Origin: Ylistrum balloti
Lineage: Eukaryota
Direction of reading: 5' to 3'
Assembly (NCBI RefSeq): GCF_031769215.1
Contig: NW_026782198.1
Location: 868,001 to 932,000 of the forward strand
Length of the DNA: 64,000 nucleotides
Shown: positions 39,766-52,786 of the stretch, piece by piece
Numbering within the stretch: the first letter of the stretch is position 1
Layout: each line of letters starts with the position of its first letter
Position numbers and translations under genes: made by a program
Notes under the pieces: generated by a model
Databases searched by the model: none
What the model saw: the letters and a program-made list of their open reading frames with translations, nothing else
What the model was told of the DNA's origin: nothing

Positions 39766-42700
39766 CTATGGTTCAATATTGAAATTTATTTTCTTTGATT
39801 TATGTTTGTGTTTATATTAGAAAGCGTTGTTTACAACAACCTTGCGTACATCTTTGCCGAGCCTAAGATCTTAACATTATGAAATACATTTCGTCATTAA
39901 GCGATTGAAAACTACACGGCTATGGTATCAACCTTTACTAGCCAGTTGCCATATCTACAAGCAACAGTTCCTTTGATTTCGTGAATCGTTTCATTATCAG
40001 AATATCCATTCTCTTATATCATCGACACACTAGAGTACATCATTAAATATCTATTGATTAACAATATATCTCCTCGTATTAATTCTGTTCACATACTCCT
40101 ATGAAATGAAATATGATTTCCCCAATTAGTTTAAAATTACCATGTTTGAATTTCAATATTTACATAATGCAAATATGATATATAGCCGTAACGCCTATCC
40201 TTTAATGGAAAATCCATTTTGATATATATCAAACATTGATATTGTTAAACAACCAACGTTAAGCATGTGTCACACATCAAGTGTGATTCAATTTCATATT
40301 TGACGTATACGCCATGCGGTACATGGGCACTAGACTCGTTTGTCAATACTCTCATATTATACTGTTTTTGAATATTGTTTGACTAGTATATGTGGTCCAC
40401 TTGAGCTAAATTCGTCTATTCGTTTCCGATTTAAGTATTTACGGAAATTGGTAAAGATATTTTCCTGATAAAACATATCAAATGGCTCGATAACGACTAG
40501 ATTCCATTTTTCTGACTTTATTTCCCGTCACTTACAGTCTCACCGTCAATATTTACCTTCATCCGACTGTTATTGAAGAGTTCCGTTTTAAAGTTAGAGG
40601 AATTGTCGTTCTATTGGTAATTATACCTTTGTGTCGATAGATGCATATTCTATCTTTTAACTTTGCGTAGAAATAATAAATTTAAATACAAAGTTTTCTC
40701 AAATTTCATTAGAAAAGAACAAAAAAACGATGTACAAGGAGAATAAGACAATGTGTTCCGGATTTAAACGTCTTCAGCTTCGTCGATTACACTGCCATAT
40801 AGATCTTGGTCAATCTATGTTAGAAATGTCTGGTTCCAATATATGAACAATATAAATAACAACGAAACTACAAGCCTACTAACGAACATCAAACATGTGC
40901 GGCTTCACATCGTACAAAGTAATAGAATGCATTGTATTTCTCAATTAGATTATAATAACGACCTCAAAACTTCCCCTTAATCTTCATCAACCTGCATCTC
41001 TCTAAATACTGTGTTGTTTATCTGTCAATTGTTAACAAAAGTCGTGATTTTGTAAACAGGTCCTAGAATATTGATTCAACTTCGACATATAAACACCATA
41101 CATTGTAGAAGGGGTGCAGTAATGTTGCTATCCAGAAATGGAAAATTCACAAGAGGTAAATTGAAATAATCACGCTAAGTGAAAAGTGTCTATGGGTTCG
41201 TTGAAGGAGAAAAATCGAGGCAAGGGGTTGATGGAGAAGTGTGTGTTTATCCTTGATTTCCAATGCCATGGATATGGTTATTAAATTCCTTGTTTTTCAT
41301 CATCATCAATGTATATTTGAAAGTGAAAATGATGAACTACGTGAGATATGTTGCATGTGTTCATAAGCAAATTCAGCCACATTTGAAAACAAATACAAGT
41401 TAGTGAAGATTTAAATTTGAAGGTTTTTTGTCCGATTTTATGATATTTATTTTTTTGGATGACAAATGAAAAAGGACATTCCATATAGTTAACTCCTGAA
41501 ATAAGACAACGAAATACTGTCCTAAAAATATGTTATAACACAAAAAAGCTACTGTTCTTCTATGAGCATTTTGTCATCAGAGTACCTCGATAATAGAAAA
41601 CACAATGGCCATGTTTAGATTATGTATTTCAATATTGATCAGACGACCTTCTTTAAAAATGCAAGATTACATAAGTATTTGTCTGACGCTATGTCACGCA
41701 TTCAGTTTCAACTGTCAGTCTATATCGTAGCATCATTCACTTATTGCCATTTTCCTTCTCTCCCATTAGAAATCAATAAGAATAGATTGTATTAATCAGT
41801 CCGTTCTGAGAAGATCACCTAGGAAATGGCAGCCGGGTGAAACTTGTTCATCTTTCAGATAAAGAAATTGCTGGGTTTTTGTATACTTCGTTTGAGGCTC
41901 ATTGAGGCATGACCATGCTAAATCATTCAAGTAAGAGCGCTTGAATACAGACTAAACACGATCATGAACAGTCAATGAGGCATGAGGACACATAATAATG
42001 ACAAGTATTATCCAACCAAAACTATCGTTGCTTATTAACATGTACACGTTATATTCCTTAACTATTATCTAATGTAGTAAATTGCTATAAAACTTACACA
42101 GTATGAAATATTTAAATTTCAATAGAATGATTAATGTTGATTGGTCATTACTTCCTACACAATACTTCATTAAGTATGTTGTATTCAGGCAGACACTGTC
42201 AAACATAAGCACAGGCATTTCGTATAGTAGTGGGGGGAGGGAACTGTAGTATGCAGTATCATATAGTACAATTTGGCGTATAAATGATATATAGGCGAAT
42301 GCATCACATAATGTAAATTTTACATTTTCATCTATTAGGATTACTTTTGGTGGACTTCTCACTTTGACCACCGAATGCATAATCATACTCTTGACCAGGT
42401 ATGATTCAACGTTTTTTACATGGAACTAAACGGAGAGCTGGTGATACAATAGACATATAGGACGTTATACACATGCACTAATGTACGAATGTCAGATACA
42501 TGACAGGGATAATTTGCATCTTTTATCAACTTAGTTTGATCATGCGTAGATCGGCATATGCATGAAATCGAGACATTACACTCCTAAAAGGTATTTGTAT
42601 TCATTTACTACAGCCAATGAAGTGCTATGTCAAATCCAAACGATGTCATGTTCTCCAAGTAAGAGCCGCGGTAGTGATTACGAAAACATGAGGTAAACTA

Positions 42701-43436
42701 AAGAGCGCCAAATATCAAATTTTTTTACATTGTTACTTGTGTGGAAATATGGTATTTTGGCGGTATTTATAAAACCTTCCCAAAGTTTCTATACTCAGGT
42801 TAATAGTGATTGTATCACAAATCATCCGACTGTTCAGGGAATATTGATAACAGCGAATTGCCGTTTTTACAGATACAAAAATTGGCAGACGAGTCTAGCG
42901 GTATATAGCGGTAATTTGCTTCAATGCATCATCAATTTCCCACATAAAAACCACCATCTATCAAACTTAATTAGCTGGTCTAGTGTCAGCCGAGGGGACC
43001 GACCTGGCAGGGTGTAGAGGGGATTAACGGCCATGGACACGCCCCCCTACTCCAGCCAACATCAGTTCTGTTTGTAATCAACAGCGGTCTGACCTTATAC
43101 AAACTTAACCATCAATAAAAGACACAAATCAATATGTTCTATCAGCTGTCCGCTATTCACTGGACTTATATAACAGGTATGTGTAAAAAAATCTTCATTG
43201 GATTTTATTATTTTTATTTCACGCAGTTGGGGTTCTTGAACAAGGAATTATTCACAATTATATTTGAATTGGCTCAATTTATATGTCCAATATAAAGTGT
43301 TTATCTTGTGTAGGATATTGTAAATCCTCAGTAAATCTTTTACTCCCCTATGTATTGAGAATAAAGTACATCGTATTGGATACTCGTTACTGCCTCGACT
43401 ACATTTATGGCAAAGAAGAGAACAGTTACTTTTCTA

Positions 43437-43493
43437 GTGTTTTTGTCTAAGTCTTTTCAGGTGTTTTTTGTCTAAGTCTTTTCTTGTGTTTTT
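43437..43493. repeat. 24-25-bp tandem duplication
   Basis: GTGTTTTT(T)GTCTAAGTCTTTTC twice plus a partial copy. Confidence 0.8.
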
Positions 43494-44685
43494 ATAAACG
43501 GATTTGGAGTTAGCCTTTATTTCGTTCATAGTTCGGACACCGTCTTATCAAATTAATCATGACAGTAGATTGATTTCGTTTGGTTTTCAACGTACTGTAT
43601 ATGTTTATAACATCAAAGTTCATATCTGAATTTGTATACTGATTAAAGACGAGCAGGCAATAAACATAATTAATGGAAATGGGACTATGGTAATATTTGT
43701 TAACGGTTTCGTTAAACTAACCACGCCTTGACCATCCGTGCTGTCCATTCGTTTTCTAATTACGATATCAGTCAAGAAAATGACCATATAAACACTTAGT
43801 TTGATATACATTTATCTAATACTAAATTGAGATTTCCTTATCGTATAGATAATTACTTCATACATCAAAACGAGGAAATTCTCATAATTCTTGTCTGCAT
43901 GTGAATAGTAACGGTGCAGCATATTTGCATGAATTCAACAAGGCATTATTGAGAATGTATGCAATCACAGTAAACGCATGAGCAGTTCGAGAGAGTTGAT
44001 ACGTGTCCTCATTGCTTTTCATTACCTGTTAATTTGATTAATTGTAGCATTGGAATGTTCTTAGCTTATACTATTTGCCTTTTTAGATACACCTCAATGG
44101 GTCGGCTTATCGGCAAGGCCAATCGTGATCTAGCGTGTATATATACATATATATAGTAAATCGTAATATCGAACCTCATTCATTATGATGTGGGTATGGC
44201 GATTTGACTATTTATTATGTCACCGAATGAACCACACTTTGAAGTGCACAATAAGAAATATAAGATGTTTCATGTAATATACCCAAATTCAATGCGCGAA
44301 TACCTAAGCTTACATATATCATCATTAGGAACATAATTCAAAACTGCCTACGATTTCAGTATAAAACGTCAGTAAAAACTGAACACACTTTATTCACGTC
44401 ATGCCTTTTTAATCGATAAGATTGTGATTTTAAAAACATTTCTGAGAAAGCCACATTAAACGCAATGTCAAGATATGACCCTATATCAAAATAGGGATCA
44501 TCATCTTGGGTTTCCTGCCTGGTTGGTCAATAGCAGTATACAACGTGCCACTGGGCTTCTAACTCATACACGTATCATTACATAATGTGGTTCCGAAGAA
44601 TTCAAATGTATATAGAGCTGTATTATCTTAATGAATGCAAAACGCCTCGCGGGAGAACGCGGATTACAAAGAAATCAGATCGACG

Positions 44686-44805
44686 GTTGTACAAGATTTA
44701 GAATTAAATCTACCGGCAGATGTTTTTCACGTCCACAATTTAGAAATAAACTGCCAGGAGATGTTTTTCACGTACATGATTTAGAAATAAACCTGCCAGG
44801 GGGTG
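44686..44805. repeat. 41/42-bp tandem repeat, about 2.7 copies
   Basis: AGATGTTTTTCACGT(C/A)CA..ATTTAGAAATAAAC(C)TGCCAGG. Confidence 0.8.
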
Positions 44806-44983
44806 TCATTCAGAAACATAGTATATAGTGAATAGAAAGTAACTTCCGGTTGGCTGGATTGTACGTTATTCATGAACACAGGTTGAGTTAATCCGGAGAG
44901 TAGTTTTACATATATATGAAACGTCTAACGACAATAACTTTAGATCGGTCAGCTCCTCAGCTTCCTTCAAACACAAACCACAA

Positions 44984-45058
44984 CTGGTAGGAAGAGTCGA
45001 ACCACACACAATTCTCAGGCTGCGCTGGCCAAGGCTGTGCCAACTGAACTATCGCGGC
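44984..45058 (-). pseudogene. tRNA-derived relic (pseudo-tRNA or SINE head)
   Basis: GCCGCGATAGTTCAGTTGG (A box) ... GGTTCGACTC (B box); the acceptor stem does not pair. Confidence 0.55.
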
Positions 45059-45120
45059 TGACGCACAAAATTTGTAACAGGAAGGAGAAATGAGAAAGTG
45101 TCCTCTGGAGCCCAAACAAA

Positions 45121-45187
45121 TGACCAGCCGTACGCCCTACCTTTTGGCTTACGAGTAAACACTCTCAGCCGAAGCTAGTAAGAGGGC
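45121..45187 (-). pseudogene. tRNA-Thr(CGT)-like relic
   Basis: GCCCTCTT..TAGCT...GAGAG...CT-CGT-AA-GCCAAAAGGT; T arm decayed. Confidence 0.4.
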
Positions 45188-45554
45188 AGGTATTCTCAAC
45201 TACTACACCAAACCTACAATTATCACATCCACGTATGGTTACCAGACAAAATAATAAATTACTCATTTATCAAAATGTTTGTTGTAATTTTTTATAGGGA
45301 ATGAAAAGATAGATATTGGTTTCTTTTAGATCATTTTAACAGTCCAATGTATGTACAGTAAAATTGATCCACAAACGATTGAAACGGAGAGAAAATTGCG
45401 CTTTTGTCCCCTATCAACACTTGATCCCAGTTACTATTTTATATAGATTCGTCTTTTTATCAGAGCTAACCTTCCCCGAATTCTCGTCTGACGTATTGAT
45501 TTAATTATGGATAGGTCAGTGCCATAAATCATAGACACCATTTCAAGATCGTAC

Positions 45555-45616
45555 AGTCGAGAGCTCAGCACGTGTAAGCGCTGGCCAAAAGTACTAATAA
45601 TGATCGAGCCCGAGGG
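45555..45616 (+). pseudogene. possible tRNA-derived relic
   Basis: AGCTCAG...GTAAGCGCTGGCC...GATCGAGCCCG, with A- and B-box-like spacing. Confidence 0.3.
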
Positions 45617-46261
45617 TTTTCTTCCGTCTTATAGACATGGATACAATCTCCAGCGTTGTGTCAACATCCAGATTTCCGACGAAACAAATGAACACTGATA
45701 ATTCAATAGAAGCACTAACGTTGTTAATGTTGAGTCGAAATGATCCCATCGCAGACACCTCAGTTTCAAAATTGTCAAATAAGTGGGCTTATCAGCGAAT
45801 ACAATCTCGTTATGTTCCCCTGCCAGTTGTTATTTAAGAAACAGTGTATATGTTTACTGCCTTATCTCCCCGTACTCGTCAGTAACAATGCAATCGATCA
45901 AATGACTGGATCGCTTTTGGTATGTTGTTGAACGGAACCCTGATATATTTTGAATGGTTTGTATAAATTTAGAATTCGATACAATATAATGGATTCTCTC
46001 TTGTCTAGAACTCGTCGTTGGTGCTAAGGACACATATAATAGTAGAACGAGGTGGAGGAAAATCCAAATTTGTCCAAAAGCCATTTGAAATTTTAAAGTT
46101 TTAGTGTGATCATAATCCCAATCAGCTAAACTGGAAATACGTATTACAATTAGTGTCATGGCCTGTTAGACCAATATGAAGATATTAGATAGGTCAATCA
46201 ACTTCTTTCTGCCATTGTGGAACAGAAAGGGCGTTCTCAATTTTTGAAGTGCATTCCTTCA

Positions 46262-47030
46262 ACCGAAACATGAAAAACCTCCGGGTCAGCGCTGATAAGC
46301 ACACTTTTAATTAAAAAGCTATCGACGTTCTTAGTTTTCCCCGATCTAACATCCATTCAATATATCATTCTGTTACTTCGTGCTTTCTTCCAACATCTTG
46401 GAAGGAAGCTCGTGTCTTACCGATTTTCAAAAATGCAGACCGGGCTGTACTTAGCATTATTTCTCGTTATCTACAGTTGGTGAAATGATGTAAAGAGTAC
46501 GTATATATCAACACTATAAGTAGTTACGTCATCAGCCTGCCATTATGGCTTCGGATCCCGTGATTCAACTTTACACCATCTTACACTCATATTCATATTT
46601 CTCTGTTAAAGAGAAAGGTTCAAAATTACAAGTGAAATTTGTGACAAAGATGAAAGTTTTCGATTGATTCTAGCCTCGCAATTGTTTTCTAAAACGACAG
46701 CCTTTGAAATTAAAGGGAATGTTGCTTTATTTCCAAATTACTAAAACTATCAACGTTTTTGCTTAGATCACAATGGTGAATAATCTTACTTAAATAACTT
46801 ATCACAGCTGCGGTTCCACAGGGAACAAATTTAGGTCAACGGTTATTCATCATTTTTATAATATTATGATTTATTATAACTGATTTGCTGGTGATACATC
46901 GCTGTATGTCATAGCGATCTTGTCGGATCTGGCTATTTTTTGAATGACAACATTAGAAAAAGGTTTATTTGGTCTTGTAAGATGCTTGTTACAATGTAAT
47001 TTCTATCCCAACAAAACAAGCAAAGCAATA
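46262..47030 (+). mobile_element. CR1-like non-LTR RT relic
   Basis: KTSGSALIS..., PTSWKEARVLPIFKNADR, ISLLSTVG, AAVPQGTNLGQRLFIIFI, FAGDTSLYV, FYPNKT; many indels and stops. Confidence 0.75.
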
Positions 47031-47919
47031 TCGAAAACTACAAGCAAGATCGACAAACTTAAAGCATTTAAGCACTGAGAGTGTTTGGCTTTTATGACAC
47101 TAATGATACAGGTAAATATGTGACTTTGAACGCGTGTGACATTTATAGTCGATATGAATGACAGAGCGTTGCAGGCAAATACCAGTTAACGTAATATTGT
47201 GTATGTGTGTTATAGTATGGTAATCTATACTGTCAGATTCGACAGCCGCAAATGAGGACTGATTGTATCTATGTGTAGTAGCAATCAGGCTGTTAAAGCC
47301 AATACACACTGAAATCCCACCCCCGGAATATCCATGTTTTACGGATTTACTCCAGGGTATAAATCGATGTTTTTCGCTCATTACTGGATACCTACTGAAT
47401 GTTGCCAAACATGTTGATTATGTATATATCTACCTACATAGTAAAGTATTTTCAAAGTGTAGTCATAGTCGATATATTAGCACGATGCTCTTCTGTCAAA
47501 TCTGTAAAATCGAGAGATATTTGTCAGTAAATTATTTTCAATTATATCGATTATAATTACATTCATAAAACACTCTATTGTTTGAAATGCCATAAGATAA
47601 AAGAATAATTTCGTTATATAACGTTAACAGTCTTTTATATGGAAATACCGAAATACTAGCTCAGTACAGAGAATATATCCGACCAGTGGTCAATAATTCA
47701 TTTTGATTCATGTGCAATGTGTTTGGTTTTCTGAGGGTTCTATCCAATATCCTCCCACAGTAAGACCACCCTCGGTTCAACAATAGTGATCGATTTTTAA
47801 GGTTTAACTTCAAATATTTTTTGTGTTATTTAGTCATAACAAAACCGTTGTGTACTTAAAATAAACCTTGCTGTTGTTGTCTCTCTATGCACCTGTTCTC
47901 ATATGACCCTGACTGTTGG

Positions 47920-49562
47920 TGATTCCTTAGCCAACCGTCTTCTGGCTGTTAGTATCTCCCTAGATACAAGTCCTTATACACACAAAGCTGTGAGTGTCTC
48001 TCTAGACACCCGTCTTCTGGCTGTTAGTGTCTCCCTAGATACAAGTCCTTATACAAGAAAAGCTGTGAGTGTCTCCCTAGAAACCCGTCCTGTGGCTGTT
48101 GGTGTCTCCCTAGCTACGAGTCCTTCTATGAGCAAATATGTGAGTGTTTCTCTAGACATCCGTCCTCTTGCTGTTGATGTGTCCCTAGATATGCGTCTTC
48201 GTATGAGATGATTGTTGAGATCTCCTTAGATACGAGTCCTCTGGTTATTGATGTCTCCTTGATATCCGGTCTCATATGAGCCGGCTGTCGGTGTCTTCTT
48301 AGCTAACCAACCTGTGGCTGTGTGTGTCGCCCTGGATGCTCATCCTTTGACTGTTGGTCGTCCTCAAATGAGATTGGCTGTTTGTGTCTCCCTTGACACC
48401 AATCCTCCTTTGGCTGTTTGTGTCTTCCTAGATGCGCGCCCTCATATGAGGCAGCCTGCTGCTGTCTCTATACCTAACCGTCCTCCAACTGTTGGTGTCT
48501 TCCTAAACGTCCGTCCTCCTTAGAGACGAGTCCTCTGGTTATTGGTGTCTCCTTGACATCCGGTCTCATATGAGCCGGTTGTTGGTGTCTCCTCAGCCAT
48601 TTTGTGACTTTGTTTGTTTCCTTAGACATCCGTCACTGGCTATTGCTGTTTCCTCAGTCAACCGTTCTCTGACTGTTTGTGTCCCCTTAGTCAACCGTCC
48701 TCTGACTGTTGGTGTCCCCTTAGTCAACCGTCCTCTGGTTGTTGGTGTCTCCTTTGTCAACCGTCCTCTGGCTGTTGGTGTCCCCTTAGTCAACCGTCCT
48801 CTGGCTGTTGATGTCTCCTTTGTCAATCGTCCTCTGACGGTTGGTGTCCCCTTAGTCAACCGTCATCTGACTATTGATGTCCCCATAGTCATCCGTCACT
48901 GGCTATTGCTGTTTCCTCAGTCAACCGTCATCTGACTGTTGGTGTCCCCCTAGTCAGCCGTCCTCTGGCTGTTGGTGTCCAATTAGTCAATCGTCCTCTG
49001 ACTTTTGGTGTCCCCTCAGTCAATCGTCCTCTGACTGTTGGTGTCCCCTCAGTCAATCGTCCTCTGACTGTTGGTGTCCCCTTAGTCAATTGTCCTCTGG
49101 CTGTTGGTGTCCCCTTAGTCAATTGTCCTCTGACTGTTGGTGTCCCCTTAGTCAATTGTCCTCTGGCTGTTGGTGTCCCCTTAGTCAACCGTCCTCTGGC
49201 TGTTGGTGTCCCCTTAGCCAATCGTCCTCTGGCTGTTGGTATCCCCTTAGTCAACCGTCCTCTGACTGTTGGTGTCCCCTTAGTCAACTGTCCTCTGTCT
49301 GTTGGTGTCCCCATAGTCAACCGTCCTCTGGCTGTTGGTGTCCCCTTAGTCAATCGTCCTCTGGCTGTTGGTGTCCCCATAGTCAACCGTCCTCTGGCTG
49401 TTGGTGTCCCCTTAGTCAACCGTCCTCTAACTGTTGGTGTCCTCCTAGTCAACCGTCCTCTGGCTGTTGGTGTCCCCTTAGTCAATCGTCCTCTGGCTGT
49501 TGGTGTCCCCCTAGTCAACCGTCCTCTGTCTGTTGGTGTCCCCTTAGTCAATCGTCCTCTGG
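47920..49562. repeat. 33-bp minisatellite with degenerate 33+42-bp left block
   Basis: Unit TCAACCGTCCTCTGGCTGTTGGTGTCCCCTTAG; about 27 homogeneous units at 48680-49562; 75-bp period at 47941/48016. Confidence 0.97.
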
Positions 49563-49565
49563 CTG

Positions 49566-51952
49566 ATAAAACTAACTGAATTGAGATATGATGGAAAAAC
49601 GTTAAGGGATACGGATGATATTTTGAAAGGTTGGTCTTTTTATTTTCAGAATATTTTCAAAAATCACGACGTTGAAGAATTTGACAGTAGTTTCCACAAG
49701 GAAATCAAAGACAGAATTAAAAAGATAAAATTGAATATCTGTTTCGATAAAGATATGTTTTTATACGATGCTTTTCCTTACCAAGAAATCAACCTTGTAT
49801 TTAAAAAGTTAAAATCAAGTAAAGCAGGCGGGCATGAAGGTCTCGTATATGAACATGTAAAATATGCAGGAAAACCTCTAATTCACCATATACAGAATTT
49901 ATTCAGTCTTGTTGTTAAACACGAATATATACTAAAGACTGGAAACAGGGCATCATAGTAACTGTACACAAGTGCCATGGGAAGCCTTAAGAAGATCCCA
50001 ATAGTTATAGGGGAATAACACTTTTGCTGGTATTTAAATTTTTGTTTTGAAATTGCTTTTGCAAATAGAATTACTGAAATAATTGAGTCTGATATATTTC
50101 CGAACAAACAACAGTCAGCATATCAGAAAAATTAATGCAGTCTCTGTACAACGTTTGATTTGTAAGAATACATACACTTTAATATGGAATATGGTTAGGA
50201 TGTATATGTGTTATTTTTGGACAGCACAGTGGCTGTCGATACTTTTTTGGCACGACGATTTATTAGTTAAATTATACGACATTGGTCTCACGGGTAAAGT
50301 ATGGAATATACTGAGAGATATGTAAACAGATGTAAAAAGTTCTGTTGTATTTAATGGCGTATTCTCTTCAGCACTGAAAATGGAAAGAGGAATTTTACAA
50401 GGTGGGACCGTATCCGCCAAAATGTACTTAGGTTTTATCAATGAACTGTTAAATGAAGTTGAAAATTCTGGTTGGGGTGCAAGAATAACTGACATACCTG
50501 TAAATATTCCAACCCAAGCAGATTATGTTTGTTTAGTAAGTACCAATATTGTGAGTCTACAGAAAATGTTAAATATCTGTGAATCCTACAGTCGGGGTTC
50601 ATGTATTCAGCATCAAAGAGTAAAATTGTTGTATTTTCAAACAAAAGAATTGTAGATATAAACCATAATTTCTACCTCTATAACAGTGTATCATCAGTTG
50701 TTGCAGATGTTCTAATGAACTGTAAACATAATTCCATTGAAAGAACAAAATCTGCTTGTAGTAAATTAAAAAGTAGTGTAATGGCCCTTTTACGCTCAGG
50801 CGCCCATCAGTGTGCTCTAAACCCATGAACAGTTTCAAAAAGTATGAAATTAAATTTGTTTGCTTTCGAGTACTGAGATACTGATGTTAGAAAGGGCCCA
50901 GCGCTTTATTGTAAAGTCAATCCAAGGTCTAGATAATAGAACAAGAACTGACATGTGTACCTCTCTACTTGGGTTGACGTCAATAGAAGCGTACATAGAT
51001 ACTAAAAAGCTTTTGTTTCTGGGCAGAATATGTAGAATGAAAAGAAGTAATTTGACTAGTAATTTTTTATTGTAAGGTGCTTTTTGTATACAATTAACGA
51101 ATATTCCAAAATGGTTATATACCTGATACTGTCGGAATCCTCAAAATGTGATTCATTCCAGCATTTTGAACTTTTACTAGATGATGGTACTTTCCCAAAC
51201 AAAACACATTGGAAGAAACTGATCTATAATTCTGTAAAAGACTACGAAACAAACGCCTGGTTGCAAAGAATGTCTAACGATGCAGATTTTTTCACGATTC
51301 AAACTACTGCACGATTGTTTAAGACCACACTGTTTGTGGAAACTAGCTCTGTATCACCCTAGTTCTCTCGACAATTTTCGTTATGTAATCAAACTTATTG
51401 TTTCCATACGGAATTTAAATATACAATGCTTGTGTCATTATTGTGAATATTTTCATAAAGACATTGTGAATCATACGATTTATATTTTTCAAAAATTGAC
51501 CGTGATGACTTATGGTGCGCAATTGTGTCCTTTTCGGGTTTGAATTTATTTCATACTTACTATCATTTTACTAGTAAACCCTCTGGCCTATAAGCTAGAC
51601 AAACACCATTTAGAACAATGTAGACTGAAGTCAGCATGTTCTATAAAAAGGATGCTGGAAGTATATAGTTATGTATAGCGTTGTACATTAAAAGGCTTAA
51701 TGTATATAAACTTAAAACATGTATCATTTTGACATAAATGCTTAGTGTGTAATTACTTCATCACATTATAATTGATAAGGTCACTCTTCACGGAGTACAT
51801 GTATTATGTTCAACCAAACTTAATGTAGAATTAACGCATTCTATGCATAGTCAGAATTTGTATAGTTTACATTATTTTTCACTTTAATTGCACGTTTTTC
51901 ATATTATATTTGTATGCTCTTCATATTTGGAGGAAATAAAGACAATAATAAT
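49566..51952 (+). mobile_element. 5'-truncated, decayed non-LTR retrotransposon (RT plus C-terminal Cys/His motif plus tail)
   Basis: KSSKAGGHEG, DWKQGIIV, NSYRGITL, QQSAYQK, LFLDS..DTFWHDDL, GILQGGTVSAKMY, PTQADY (YADD site), CHYC...H; ends AATAAAGAC(AAT)3 at 51935-51952. Confidence 0.9.
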
Positions 51953-52649
51953 ACATATATGACTCTGAGGACGTACAATGATATACAACCCCATAAGTAA
52001 ACAAGAATATATGTAATGCGTGTTTGTATGGTGAAGATGTGTTTCCTCGATGTCGATTATATGGCTGTTGTAATGATGATGACACTTAAAAAGGTATCGT
52101 GTCCAAGGGGAAATAACCTCGGCAGATATCGTGTAGAACTTCGGTACCTCTTGAAAGAATATATATAAATGTGTAATTAAAAGTGTTTTATTTATTATTA
52201 GATTATATCGTAATATTACAACAAAACTCATCATTGACTCTAAATGGTTGTTGTCTTCCTCTAATACAGTGCAGCCCTCTAAAGAGTTTGTTGTACGATT
52301 TTTTTATAATATCATTTTGTCTATTTGAGATATAACGTGGAAGATGAAATCTGTAGATAACATTTTGTTTAAAAATGGCATTCTTCGACATAAAAGTAAT
52401 TCTTTTGCGAATTATATCATCGGCTAGGTCTCTGATTTACGTTATTAGTTAATATTGACTATTTGCAACATTATTTCTTTGTGTCAATATTTTTGAAATA
52501 ATTAAAATCATTAAGAAAGATTCGTTTTAGGAAATATAGACAGGTTAAAGAAATATTCAGTATAGCCTATCGTGGCTTTTTATCACCGAAAACTCTTATC
52601 GTTAACTTTCTTCTTTTGTCCCACTGACCATCAGCAACTTTGCATAACA

Positions 52650-52768
52650 AGCGTATATCGATAACTGTTCAATCTATAGAGAACCAATATATTTCCGGAC
52701 TATTCCATACCATTTGACAAACTTTTACTAGAATTGGGTATAGCATTTCCGGTGTAAACATGGCGGAG
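52650..52768 (+). promoter_or_regulatory. FRA10AC1 proximal promoter
   Basis: TATCGATA (52656-52663), CCAAT (52684-52688), two TTTCCGG ETS-like sites (52692, 52746), and AAACATGGCG (YY1/TISU-like) around the ATG. Confidence 0.55.
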
Positions 52769-52786
52769 AGGGTCGACTTTGCTGAG
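52760..52786 (+). CDS. FRA10AC1: FRA10AC1 exon 1 (MAERVDFAE)
   Basis: ATG in ATGGCG context, GAG|gtaaat donor, phase 0 fits exon 2. Confidence 0.75.

Noticed and set aside
39353-39776. Overlapping S/L/C-rich ORFs
   Set aside because: They are translations of the GAGACA low-complexity repeat; only the end that overlaps the Penelope-like RT is meaningful.
47718-47770. V-SINE-like domain remnant
   Set aside because: Only about 50 degenerate bases, with no head or tail to support it.
47920-49562. CRISPR-like array
   Set aside because: Units are contiguous with no unique spacers, the context is eukaryotic, and there are no cas genes.
48570-49566. Repeat ORFs (207 aa, 158 aa and others) as real proteins
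   Set aside because: They follow automatically from a 33-bp unit that is stop-free in several frames; duplicated frameshifts occur within the array.
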